A stretch of DNA of 38,925 nucleotides from the NCBI GenBank assembly GCA_000934665.2, contig KZ538953.1, forward strand, positions 1-38,925. The letters are read 5' to 3'. The position numbers and the translations under genes were made by a program. Shown in pieces: positions 10,523 through 23,540 of this stretch (positions within the stretch are counted from its first letter, which is position 1; every line of letters begins with the position of its first letter). This DNA is from Catajapyx aquilonaris (taxonomy: Eukaryota). The notes under the pieces are model-generated. The model ran no database searches. It had not been told where the DNA came from and was given only the letters and a program-made list of their open reading frames with translations.

Positions 10523-13500
10523 GTACGAAGACGGGGGAGGGGGGAGGGGGGGCGATAATGGAGGGATGAAAAGGGATGATGAAGAAGCGAGCTCATATTT
10601 GAAAAAGGATTTCCTGGCAGTGATTGAGGGGGGAGAGAGAAGGCCAGGCGACTTCATAATCCTTCTGCTTCGTTGGCCGATAAAGTGTTCTCTCGCTCGC
10701 TCAGCTCCGGCTCTTTTCTCGTCCATCTCTGCTGCACTGCAGTTGAGTTTTCCTTCAGGACGTGGGGATAGGAGGGGAATGGTTGGAAGAGGGGGAAGGC
10801 TGCGACGGAAGCTTGGAAGTGGGTAGGATTACTCTGCCTTCGCCGATAGGTTTCATCGAGATTTACCATCGTTAAGTTGCGCCGGAGGAGAATTGATCAA
10901 AGTCAGGTTTGTAGGCAGTGTGGGGAAAAAGACATTCATTTTTTGGAGACTTCCAATATTTTGGAGGGGGGCTGTGACAACAAATCTGTGTTGCGTACAG
11001 AGTTAGTTTGTCAATGTTGAGTGCGCCTCCCATGAGACGTAGGCTTATTTACCCGTGAATGTAAAAAGACACTCTCGAGTTAAAATGACGATATACCATT
11101 ACTTACAAGTTAGAGAAGCACTAGCACATGCGATTTAAATTAAATTAAAATTATTGATAGACCACAGAAAATTAATTGAATCGTGTAATATAACTATGTG
11201 AATATCTTCAGGCACTTTCATATAATTATTTTGGACTGATGTCCAGAAGTGTTCATTTGTTTGCCTAATATGTTGAACGATATGTGTATGTACTAACAAT
11301 ATGTTATGTAATTATAATCCAACACAATTTGGGAAATGGGTAAATAACGCTTTTTCTGCTAGCTGGATAAACAATATCATATTAATTAATATATAAATTC
11401 ATAAAGAGACCCCATCCCTTCATTTGCTTTCATAATGTGTCATTTGTATTTATGTACGTTTTATATATATGCTCGATTGTTATTTTTTGATCATATACTG
11501 CATTATTATTATTCTATAAATATTATCTACCAATTACTCGGCAGTTCATACTATGTTGAACACAAAATAACCCTAATCTAATATAGAAATGTTCATCACA
11601 GGCTTAGTTGTCATGTTGACAGGTCACCTTTAATGGCAACTATGTAAAGAACAAGTGACACATCCTCCTTTACTTAACTTGCAAATTTCACATTTTGTAG
11701 GTGTTTACTTACAAATGGGAAATTGGAAAAATTCACAAAATTTGCAAAAAAAATAATTACACCATAAAATCATTTTACTCGACAATTAGAATTTATGTCT
11801 ATGTTTAATATTTAGTAAAAACAATGACAATATCTGGGTAATGTTTGATTCCAATATTATCGTTGTGATATATTGAAAAAAGAGTGCCGAGCACTATGTA
11901 CCACACGTTTTAATCAGTTCAAAGTGGCCTGATTAAATAGCCACGCCAGTGTTCATTACTGGTCAATTTTTTCTGCTCAAAACAATCACTACACTTCAAA
12001 CATTATAGCAACGAATTCTAACTATTCACAAGTCTAGATCGAACTCATTACTCAACACCAACTAATTTTGCCATAGTACACTATAGATACAAGCATTTAA
12101 ATTTCAGCAATCAGACTCATATTACAAATAATTGAAGCCCCCATCAAAACGTAAGAAAACTCCCTCACTTACTTAACCTCATGTAATTAATTTTCTTATC
12201 ACGACTTCACCGGAACAATACATCAACCAAATAGATCTGAAAATCAGCCAATTAAAACTTGCCCCAAGAGTTGTAATTTCCGCCGGCATCTTTGGTTTCA
12301 GCAACTTTACTCAGGCAGAAAGAGGGGAAACAGTCAGCAGATTTACAAGTCCGTGAGTTGCCACCACCACCACCCCCCCTCCCCCGCACGAAATCCTAGT
12401 TTGTATCTATATATATCTACAACCCCCCCTCCTAAAACGTGGTTCCCGATATTGAATACAGGAAGAAGAGGGCGCGTGCGAGCCACATATTTAATTACGC
12501 TTCCCTAACTTGGCCCCCCCCCCCTCCTCCCAAAGTCTCCCCTTTTTGGACTAGACATTCCTTGCAGCTTGGGTTGGATATTGGAAAATGTGTTCCAGAT
12601 TCCTCCTCATAGGTTCTGCAAAACTTTCCCACAGCAAGATGCCACAGATAACGAGCCATATCTATTTATCATAGAACTCATAAGAACCAAGATGGCTCGT
12701 TCCTATCCACGCTATATGATGGCATCAGTGGCATTTCAAACGCGTCTCGTAAGCAATTCATTATTCTACAGTAGAAAGTAAGGTCACGTCTAGCACCTTT
12801 CGAGCCTTTACCATACATTTCGTCAGGAAGGAAAGGCAGCATCTGAATCCGGACCTAGAACCTCGTACTACCGTTTGTCATGTCTGCACATAAGGAGTGT
12901 GCGTGGCTTCCTGGCCTCTAGACGTGAGAGGCCGCCAACTTCGCTCGTTTGCTCCACAATTTTTGATGCTTAACTCTAACCCACAAAAACTGGCCCTAAA
13001 GTTTTGGGTATAATATAGGAGACGGTGTAAGTCCTACAGAAAAAGCTGGCTTAATGGCTCAGGCATTTATCGACCTGTTTCTTCCCACCGCTCGCCTGAC
13101 AAAACCCATCAATATTATTTTGGCCTCATCTTTAATCACTGTTATTAAGCCCCTAAAGGCAATTACTATAAAGTAATAGTAGTTATCATACACATACTAG
13201 GTACCTCCCAACTTTGATATAGATGGAAAGGTGTATAGGTATTGTGATGGTGGCTGGTCCACACGCGAATCATTTTCCGGCTGTCAATTGCAGGATCAAC
13301 CCCATCTCTGGGCCAATTTTGTACGTGATTACTTATTGGTCAGAAAAAAAAAAGCCCGGGTGATTTTCCACTTGTCAATGTTGGACTCTTCAAGTAATTG
13401 GTAGATTCAAGCGCCATCTGCAAATATTTTACGGTGACTAATTATTGCGCCTGCCGTCCATAACAATGTAATAAGCTAGTGTATAGTAAAGCTTTGAGCA

Positions 13501-13740
13501 CTCCTGGCTGGTAATATAATAATGAAGATTATAATCGTATTTTGCCAATTACCTGCCGACAAGTTTGACCAAGCGTCGACATAGGTATGTAAAATAAAAT
13601 TACAAGTGTACAGTCAGCTACGATGCTTTTTTTGAACATAAAACGGAAGTGATGATTACATTAAATATGGCGAAAGTAGTTTTACAACAATGCCAATACA
13701 TTTGCAGCTCCTAACCCAAAATTAGAATGTGTATTTTTGG

Positions 13741-14585
13741 AACACTCTAACTAGTTCCTGCTGCCATCCATCAGAGGCGCTGCCTCCCCATTGCGCAGGC
13801 GCAGAGAGGGGCCAATCGGAAGTCATGCCAACCATATGCGGCGAGCCAATAAGTAGCATCGGTCATATGTATTTTTATTTAATTTAAAAAATACTCTAAC
13901 TAGTTCTTCCTCCCATCCACCAGAGGCGCTGCTTCTCCCATTACGCATGCGCAGAACATAGGCCAACCGGAAGCGTCGCGCTAACAATATACTGCGGATT
14001 ATGCAACGAATGATTTTAATATTACCTACAGAACCGAAGCAGGTTGGTGTAGGGGATAAGGAGCCCGCCTGCTAATCGGGAGGTCCTGGGTTCGAATCCC
14101 GGGGCCGGCAACCCTGACCATGGTTTTCTGTGGTTTTCCATGGTCCCCTCAAGGACAATTCCGGGGTCGTTTCCGTAAAAATAGGCCACAGCCGCTTCCA
14201 TCCTTCCCTATCCCTGGTCCCATCAAATTGTGGTAATCCACCCCCTTAAGGGAGCCAAAGGCTCTAGCACGGGGTATGATAAATAAATATTTAAAAAAAT
14301 ATTACCTACAGTAATTAACTAGTATTAATTTAGCTATTGAAGAAATTGGAATGTATTTTTTCGGATACTTCAACTAGTTCCTCCTGCCACCCACCAGAAG
14401 CGCTGCTTCCCTCCATTACGCAGGCGCAGAACGTGGGCCGATGGGGTAGTTCGTATACACCTTTGTAGGTAGTCCGTGTACCGTGTATGTAAAAAATGAC
14501 TGGGGCCAATCGGAAACGTCGTTCAAACAACAAACGGCGGGTCATACAACGTTCTTACAACAAAGGATTTTAATATTATATTTAA
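13741..14585 (-). repeat. Three tandem copies of the ~150-200-bp AACTAGTTC...CAGAGGCGCTGC...GCGCAG repeat, interrupted by a SINE
   Basis: AACTAGTTC at ~13749, 13898 and 14372, each followed by CCAYCAGARGCGCTGC and TRCGCAKGCGCAGA. Inverted solo copy at 8130-8269. Confidence 0.85.
14032..14297 (+). mobile_element. tRNA-derived SINE, family A copy 1
   Basis: A-box-like TGGTGTAGGGG, B-box GGTTCGAATCC (14089), A-rich tail, 14-bp TSD AATATTACCTACAG (14018-14031 / 14298-14311). Highly similar to 30906-31157. Confidence 0.93.
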
Positions 14586-15819
14586 TAACTTTTGACATTA
14601 ATATTTAGTAATTTAGCTACTCCATTTTTTGAATGGCCCATTCACTCCATAATATTTGCCATCTTCATTTGCTCCTGTCGCGCAATCTTCACCACGACTA
14701 TAAATCTCCACTGTTTCCAAGCGTGTAAACAATGAAACACTCCATGCAAATGAGCTAGTAATGAGACCCCCTTTCCCGCCTCATTTCTATAAAAAAAAAG
14801 AAAATAAAAATGGCGGGAAAAAATATGCCCTTTGTGACGGCTCCTGATCCTTACCCCCCAAAGTGCAGTCCATTTTCTGCCAGGAGAACAACAAGGTTTT
14901 GGTGGTAACAATCAAGACTGTCAGGCAGAGAAAGACTATGGGAATGGGGCTGGCTATCCTTTCTCCTCTATATCTCTCCATTTGAACATATAGAGTTGAC
15001 TACTACCGCGCCTGCTCCTGACCCATACTCCCCCCCCTTGCTCCTTCCCCCACCTCCCCAACTCCACCCCAAAGGCGCCAGCTTCACAGTTGCCGCCGTC
15101 GATTCGACCAGAAAGGACCTCGACACCATTCTTTTTTTGGGGGTTTCTATTCTTTCAAACTTGTCCTAACTCGTGAAAAAACTAATGGAAACTGTGAGTG
15201 TCGCCATCTATACTTGATTAGCTCCAACTATGGATCAGGTGCTACAAGAGTGGTGATTTTTTGGTGGTCATGTCCGTGGACACGGTGCGGTGTTTCGCGT
15301 GTGGTTTCAAAGAGTGACATCCCCCCTGACCTCCCTCCCCCTGGCGGTGTGACCTTTGCGGTGGTTTTATTAATGGGATGTATTACGTTCCTATCCTTCC
15401 GCCCAGTGCCAAAGGCCTTCAGCACCGCCGAAGGATGGTGAGATGGATCATGTCTAGGTTGGCCACTTTCCTAGGGATTCTCATGTTCATCCACATGACC
15501 GCCCTCGCCAACGAAGGTAGGTTCAAAGTGCAACTGCCTTGTAATCTAGGGGAGGTAGGGGATGGAGGGGGAACCGGTGTGGTGCAAAAACCGGGGAGGG
15601 GGGGGGGAGAAATTTAATTATTGAACGGGTCGTAATTCCGGTTGCTAAATTTTCCATTTGCACCCCAGACTTCGTTTCATGCCTGGTAGGCCATCATTAC
15701 TGTTCTTCCAATTAAGCGGGTTCAAAGAAAGCGTGTACAGGTACTCGAATTTGCAAATTGCGATGCCCACGAATGAGCGGCATTTAAAAAAAATTATATG
15801 GTGAGCCATAGAGGTAATC

Positions 15820-16500
15820 TACAAATTTTATATCAATTTGATCCATATGTGAGTGCAAATGAATTTTTTAAAATTCTTTGGATACGTGACATTGGCTGGA
15901 GGTGCTTGAAAATGTGAGGCATCTGAAGGTGTGAAATATTTGACAGTATGTGGTGTCTACAATGTCTATTGGTCTATCCCAAATATGCTAATGATTCCCG
16001 CCAACGGTCGTAACGGTCAAAATTCTGCCTACGTGACACATGTAACAATGCCTGGAGGAGCCTGAAGGTGTCAGGTAGCTGAAGGTGTTTAAAAACCACA
16101 ACAATTTTTCGAGGTGCTTGAAAGTGTGAGGTACCGGTACCTGAAGGTGTGAAGTATTCGGAAGTATTTGACAGTCTACAGTCTATTGATCTATTCCAGA
16201 TATGCTAACGATTCCCGTCAACAGTCGTAACGGTTAAAATTTAACTCCGTGACAAACGACAAATTTTATATCAATTTGACCTATACGTACGTAGCCTGTA
16301 CGACCTATACGTACGTGAGTGCGAAACTTCTGTTTTAAAATATTCTTTGAATGCATAAAATTGCCTGAAGATGCCTGAGGGTGTGAAGTACCTGAAGGTG
16401 TGAAGTATTTCACAGTCTACAGTGTCTATTGGTCTATCCCAGGTATGCTAATGATTCGCGCCAACGGTCGTAACGGTCAAAATTTTGACTCCGTGACACA
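15820..16500. repeat. Degenerate tandem repeat, ~220-250-bp units, 3 copies
   Basis: CTGAAGGTGTGAA.TATT...TCTATTG.TCTAT.CCA..TATGCTAA.GATTC.CG.CAAC.GTCGTAACGGT.AAAATT at ~15923, 16141 and 16392. Confidence 0.85.
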
Positions 16501-17967
16501 GGCCTTTCCGAGACCGTGACGCCTTCGTAACAGGGTTATACTTGCCAGAAGTTGAAAGTCGTGCAGGGACCGCAATCAGAATTCGTCCTGTAGGAGCAGG
16601 AGGGGTCGACATGTCACGGGTGGGCGCCTCTGGGCGTCCCTCTTTGAATATCAAAGGCCAAAACCTTGGGAGCAGAAGACAAGAAGTGGGCATGCTGCAT
16701 CCAGATCTGGTGGGGGTAAGAGAATTAGTGTAAAGATGGGTTGGGAGAGACGGTTATGTCGGTTTCGGATTGTGGGGGACCTTGGATCGCCTCCCGGGAA
16801 ACATGGCTGTGGTGCCTCGGGCCCTCTCCCGGTGATCTTTAACCACCTGCCTCACTGGCTCGGGACCAATAACTAATTTGAGATCAAACCGCGTTTGGGT
16901 GACGCTGCAGGTGCCGCGCTTTGTCATCCATAACTGCTTAATTGCTGTGCGCGACGGTACATAGCTCACTTTGTGTCCGTTACACCCTCGCATATAGGAC
17001 CGTTAGAAACAGGTTGAAACTTGCTTAAACAATACCTAACTCTGTACAATTTCGGCTCATATCTGTGTAATACATGGAAAAAAATCAGGAGAACAACGTC
17101 TTAACTCTGTTGGAAACAGGTTTCGACACATTCAAACTTGCTGAGCTGTAAACTGTACATGTTTGCACGACTTGCTCAACTAATACAATCTGTACAGCCT
17201 GTACAGGTTGCGTAAGTTTGTCCAGCATAATCAAGCCTGTTTATTCGCTACGAAATACAACCAACAGGGGTTTTGCAAGTTTCTATGCAAAATTAATTTA
17301 CTTAACAACATTATATATATAGGCTATATATTATATATACACATTGTATTGACGTCATGGCTTCTAACATAAGTTTCGCTCCTACCAGAACAGGTGTGAT
17401 CTAAACTATTTTTCTCATAGACATACAACAGTTTCGGAACTACCTTCTGGCAATACAGCCTCAAACAAGGTATCCGGTAACAACCCGGACAATTCGGTGA
17501 CAAGGCCTGCACCGCTAAACAGTTCCAGGATAAATTACGGCCTCCTCGCCAATCGTACTTTTATGCTTATTTGTGCCCAGAAAAGGCAGGAGTTGTAGCC
17601 CCGGCTACCATTCGGGCTCGACCCAGCTCGTAAAACACGGGGCAGACACCGGATTTGCCCAGGCCCTCCTCCGTAAGAGCCCTGTATATATCCTCGGCGG
17701 GAAATGAAATGAAGCGGGCCAAGAGAGGAATTGGGCGGAGGACTACTGTGCTCTAGCCTAGACGGGGGATGCAGAAATCTCACGGTTTCGAGTGGGGGGA
17801 GGGGAGGGGGAGGGACCGGACAAAAGCATAGATGGAAATCCGGGCTATATACTGCAAATGGGAGAGCCGCGCCATTCTTGCCGTTTAAGCCCCAACTCTA
17901 TGGAGGAAACCCCGAAATTCTCAGGAATCAGGAACAAAGGTGGAACGTTTGGTGTCTTCTAGTTCAG

Positions 17968-18520
17968 AAGGCATTGTTGGTGATCGGTCTTTGATCAAAT
18001 ACTTTACATATTCAGATACCGCACAATTTCAGGTACCACCAGAAATTGTTACTTATTCACTAGTGTTATTTAAAACTCAAGTTTTGTACCCACGTACCTA
18101 GCTGACAGGTGCTAACTGTAATCAATGAATTTTTATTCGCATTCAGGAGGCATTGTTGGTGATACTGATCGGTCAATACGGAAATACTTTACATCTTCAG
18201 ATACCTCACAATAACAGGTACCACCAGCCATTTTCATTTTCTCAAAAGTGTTATTTAAAACTCAAGTTTTGTACTCACATATGCCAGTTGGCAGTTGGTG
18301 CTCATGTGCTAACTGTAATCATGGCTGACTGCATATTGCTATTAGGACTGTGACTAAATACTTTACATGTTCAGACACCTGAGAGTTTCAGGCACCTTCA
18401 GCCATTATCACTTATTCAAAAGTGTTATTCAAAACTCAAGTTTCGTACCCACATATGCTAGCGGCCGTTGGTGCTCAGGTGCTAACTGTAATCATAGCTG
18501 ATTGTATATTGCTATAAGGA
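17968..18520. repeat. Degenerate tandem repeat, ~180-bp units, 3 copies
   Basis: AAATACTTTACAT.TTCAGA, AGTGTTATT.AAAACTCAAGTTT.GTAC and GTGCTAACTGTAATCA each occur three times. Confidence 0.85.
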
Positions 18521-19902
18521 ATCGTGTCAGCACAATTACCTTAAAAGCATCAATACGTCTTCCCCTTTTCCGGTTAGCCCCGGATATGAACCCTGAAAGA
18601 TCGCCGGCTCGTACATCTATCTCGTCCAAGGCACTTGGCCCCAAAACCTCCGTAGAAATGAATCAGGCCCCCGCTACAGCTAAGTCATGCGGCCTGGTTT
18701 TTGAAGATCGGACGTAAAGTCCCGTTGGCTTTTTTTCACTTCTAATACGCCATAAAACCGGAGAGGTATAGGAGCGAACAGGGGGCCTTTTTCCTTTGCT
18801 ATCTAAAGCGTCCGGGCCAAGCTCTAGGTTCCTTATCAAGTGTTCCGGGACCCCACTTTTTCCCTAGATTGCCTCCCTGTAACTGATGCGGTGTATCTGC
18901 ACGTATCTGAGAAGATCCTGACCAGGCCGTTCTAAGAAGAAAAATAGTGCACCACAATCTACCAGTAGGAGTGCACAAAAAAATTCAGTATGGCCAACCT
19001 AAAATTCATTATGCATAACCTAATTTTCTTGACGAACGCGTACGTCCAGGCCACAATTAATTTTTTTCAGATATTTCACAAAAGTGCCGGTATAATAGCG
19101 TTGGCTCGTTCCCCCATGTGGCCTATACCCCTCGTTTTACCGCTAATTTCAGGAGTAGTTTCCGCCATCACTCCAACAAAGTAGGAGCCAAACTATGGGT
19201 AAAGGCTCTAGGTCGGCTAATAAACAGCCTGATAACATGGCGTTCAATATTTAACTTTGATCCAATTAAGCCATAATTGAAGAGTCCGTTTGATATTCAT
19301 AGATGGCGTGGATCCGACCGTTAAAAAAGGCGGGTAAAAAAACCGTCACATCTAATTCCAGCCATTTCCTCGAGTCAAGGAATGCCTGCAAGCGTCGGTA
19401 TTTCGTCCAATAGTCGTGAAGGAAACAGAAACTAAAATGAAAAGTGCGACAGTGCGAAACGGATGAGGCATCGTCCCCATCCGATAGTATATACCCAGAG
19501 TCTATCTCCGGGGAGAATCGATTCGTCGTACAAGATTTCAATCTGCTGGCGAAGGCGCTCGTTGCAAGCAAATGAATGATTCTAGGGGGTCCAAGAATAT
19601 ATTCCAAGGGGTAGAGAGCGGATTTGCAATAATTCTTCTGCAGCTTCGGAGCACAAGCATCGTTCCGAGTTAGTGCTTGTCATAATATGCAAAGTAGAGT
19701 AGGTCCAGAGGCGTTCCGACGGTGAAAGAAAAGGAATTACTGTAGCGTATGTAATGCGATGTTGCCAATCCTATCCGTTGCGCCTTTTGGTTAACATGCT
19801 CTGTTTTTCTACGCCTTTTGATGCATATTCAAAGCACTCATTGTGAATAATTTGCATACGAAACCATGGAATGGGATGTGCAAGTTCCTCCCCCCCCCCC
19901 CC

Positions 19903-19908
19903 NNNNNN
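19903..19908. other. Assembly gap within poly-C
   Basis: Run of six N. Confidence 0.95.
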
Positions 19909-20496
19909 CCCCCCCCAAATAAAAATGGTGAACGAACTTAAGTTTTGGTTACTGTATGTTTTTTTGTGTACGTTTCGTATCATTTTAATATTAAGCTTCC
20001 TATCAGATGCTACATAACAACACTAAAATGATTAATTTCTCAATTATCTATGAAAATTTTATTCGAAAACCCCCCCAAAAGTTTGAAAATTCTCGAGAAA
20101 ATGAGACGTTTCCAACTGCCCAAAAAATCTCGTTAAAACGATATTTTCATGGCGATTTGGAGGAAGGACTTTCATATCGGGAGACCAAATGTGGCGGTAA
20201 GGGGCACGCTGTACCAACAGCATATGACCTAACCTTCCTTCCCATCTGATACATGCCTATTTTTATATAACAATACTTAAAAAATTAAGATCACTGAGTT
20301 CTGAAAATTCTCAAAAAAACACGCGTGTCATATTCTACATATCTACATATGCTACATATCTTACAGTATGTCAAAAATATGCTTTAACTTAATTTCCCCA
20401 TATGAGAACCGCAAGTGATGGTATGACAATAACAACACACTGATATTAATAAAGAATTGAATGAATTTTGCAGCACTCATCAAAGTTAAACCCAAA

Positions 20497-20620
20497 TTAA
20501 AACCGTTGGGCAGAAAACCCGTTGGGAAAAACCGTTGGATAATCATTTTGCGTGCCATTTTGTTCTGTAACGGTTTTTTTTGCCTGCAAAAAGACCGTTG
20601 GGGAAAAAATCGTGCATTAC
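20497..20620. repeat. Outlying fragment of the AAAACCGTTGG satellite
   Basis: Shares AAAACCGTTGG and CCATTTTGTTC.GTAACGG motifs with 22215-23540. Confidence 0.8.
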
Positions 20621-21437
20621 AAATATTGAGACCAGGCGTTGCAACACTGTCGCCGACACCGACGTAATTAAAACCCTTACTTTGAACCACTCTGCAGATT
20701 TGACAGTACTCAGGTTGATTACAAAATGTAAACCGAAATCAGTTTGCTCATTCGGCGACTAACCTAATGATCCTTCTAAAATGCCTTATTAATTACTGGA
20801 AAAGCTTGCGCCGATTACGCAGCCTAGGACCAGGCCGAGTTCGGTCAACTTTAAATATGCTCGGAGAGGCGGCAGAGCCAGGAAGAGGAGGGGGGGGGGG
20901 TTAATGAAATGTCTCTCTCATTAGGAATTCTTGCTCCAGAAGAAGAATACAAGAGTTGGGTCCCTGCGGGGTCATTTTTTAAAAGCTCCCCCCTTCTAGC
21001 TAAAATCTGAGTGTAAATGGGTCGGGTAGGTCGTTTCGAGCCTTAGGGGGATTAGGTCAGGCCTAGAAAATGTGGCGTCACCCAGACGACCCAACCCATT
21101 TTTATTTTATTTTTTCACCATGAACCAGGGACGGGTCACCTTATTATCCAACTTTCAAGGACTAAAGTTGGCTCACCCTTGGCCGGCTCGCAATTAAAAA
21201 CACTGTCAGATTAATTGGAGAGCCCATCAGATGAAGCCCAGTTTTAATGGAATTGTAAGCCATGCTAATGTGGGGCCGGTACTGCGTCATGCGCCCAATC
21301 TCTCAGCCCGGTCATAAAACTAGTACACTTGATGAAAATGCCGATTATACACTGTATATGCAAGTAAATGTTCAAGGATGGACATTATTGCAGGGTAATT
21401 AGGGTCTGGACACAGTAGAAACCGCCAATAACAAAAG

Positions 21438-21548
21438 AAAAGCCGTTGGAAGAAAAACCGTTAGGGAGAAAAACCGTTGGGGAGAAAAACCATTGGGGAG
21501 AAAAACCGTTGGGGAGAAAACCATTGGGCAGAAAAACCGTTGGCCAAA
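21438..21548. repeat. ~15-bp simple array of GAAAAACCRTTGGGGA, ~7 copies
   Basis: Direct tandem copies with the same core as the 22215-23540 satellite. Confidence 0.85.
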
Positions 21549-22214
21549 ACTATTACGCTATTTCAACTAATATTTTAAGGGCGCTAGTTACATATAATGT
21601 AATACTGTATTTAAAATCACCTCACATTAACCTACCAAATTGCACCTTTAGGCCAGGTTTTATTTTTCAAAGTACGTTACGCCGCCAGTGGGAACTCCGC
21701 TTAAGCTGGTAATTTTCGAGATACCCTGAAGCCTTAACCCGCACCTGACCGAAAAATGACCAGTCGACCGTCACTACGCTGCTATCGATCCTAAAACCCC
21801 TCTAATAGCCTCTCTATAGTCGGGGAGAGCGAAAAAAAAAACTTTTCTTTGCAGCGTCATCTGAATAGTATAATTGATGGGAGGAAAAAACGCTTCAAAA
21901 CTTTTGTTCTTGTCTTCTATTTTAGAATTGACCCAAGCTATTAAAACTTCCTCTCTTGCTTAGGATCCAGAGGCTGCGAAAGAAAAGATAAGTCCTGTCG
22001 AAACTTCCCTCCAAGAACGTGCAGCCACCGTCTCTTACTATCTGACTTCAATAGGAAGTGGTGGGAACACATACAAAAAAAAAGAGAACGGAAGAAAAGT
22101 TCTCACTTTGGAACCAGAACCCAGGATTTCCTCACTTTGAAATCGATATCAGTTTTTGGGAGGCATAAAATGCCAGCAATTTTCGATTCGCGTGCTGGGG
22201 TGTGTTGAAACAGC

Positions 22215-23540
22215 AGAATTTTGCGCGCCATTTTGTTCAGTAACGGCTTTTTTTGAAAAACCGTTGGGAAAACCGTTGGGCAGAAAAAACCGTTGCTTAA
22301 TCATGGACGTAAATTTTGCGCATCATTTTGTTCCGTAACGATTTTGCAAAAAAACCAGTTTGACATAATTTTTGCGCACCATTTTGTTCCGTAACGGTTG
22401 TTCAAAAAACTGGTGGGAAAAAAACCGTTGGACGTAATATTTGCAAGCATTTTGTTCAGGAACGGCTTTTTTTAAAAAACAGTTGGGAAAACCGTTGGGC
22501 AGAAAACCCGTTAAAAACCGTTTCACACCATTGTTATATAACGGTTTTTTGGAAAAACCATTCGGAAACAAACGTTGGATCATCATGGACCTCAATTTTA
22601 CGCGCCATTTTGTTCAGTAACGGCTTTTTTTGAAAAACCGTTGGGAAAACCTTTGGGCAGAAAAAACCTTTGGATAATCATGGACGTAAATTTTGCGCAC
22701 CGTTTTGTTCCGTAACGGTTGTTCAAAAAAAACTGGTGGGAAAAAACCGTTGGACGTAATATTTGCAAGGCATTTTGTTCAGTAACGGCTTTTTTTTGAA
22801 AAACAGTTGGGAAAACCGTTGGGTAGAAAACCCGTTAAAAACCGTTGGATAATCGTGGACATAATTGTTGCACACCATTGTTATATAACGGTTTTTTGGA
22901 AACACCATTCGGTAACAAACGTTGGATCATCATGGACCTCAATTTTACGCGCCATTTTGTTCAGTAACGGCTTTTTTTGAAAAACCGTTGGGAAAACCGT
23001 TGGGCAGAAAAAACCTTTGGATAATCATGGACGTAAATTTTTGGCACCGTTTTGTTCCATAAATCCGTTAGGGAAAAAACCGTTGGACGTAATATTTGCA
23101 AGGCATTTTGTTCAGTAACGGCCTTTTTGAAAAACATTTGGGAAAACCGTTGGGCAGAAAAACAGTTGGACGTAATTTTTGTACACCATTATGTTATACA
23201 GGGTGTCTCAACTTTTTGTCCGAACAGCTAGTTATCGGAAAAGCCCATGTATCTTCTAGCTAAGTAGCCAGAATATGCCACAACATTCCTGGCACATCCC
23301 TCAACTGATAAAGCCAGGGAAGCATCACTGGTTGCAAGTCACTGCTTAAAAAATAAGCAGCTTAGTGCAATATTTCCGGACAAAAAAGTTGAGACACCCT
23401 TATAACGGTTTTTTGGAAAAACCATTGGGGAACAAACGTTGGATCATCATGCGCCTCATTTTTGCGCGCCATTTTGTTATGTAACGGTTTTTTGGGGGGA
23501 AAACCGTTAGGAAAAAAACCGTTGGATAATCATGGGCGTA
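22215..23540. repeat. Complex satellite with ~350-bp higher-order period
   Basis: Subunits CCATTTTGTTC.GTAACGG...AAAACCGTTGG. The marker AACAAACGTTGGATCATCATG recurs at ~22567, ~22914 and ~23431. Confidence 0.9.
23199..23400. mobile_element. Tc1/mariner-like MITE inserted at a TA in the satellite
   Basis: TIR CAGGGTGTCTCAACTTTTTGTCCG / CGGACAAAAAAGTTGAGACACCCT (terminal G lost), flanked by TA(TA). Empty sites TGTTATATAACGG are seen in sister units at ~22532 and ~22879. Confidence 0.88.

Noticed and set aside
14033..14110. tRNA gene (GCT anticodon-like); similar heads at ~25215, ~30660, 30906, 34191, 36088 and 36615
   Set aside because: The cloverleafs are imperfect, and each continues into a SINE body, a tail and mostly a TSD. 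These are SINE heads, not tRNA genes.
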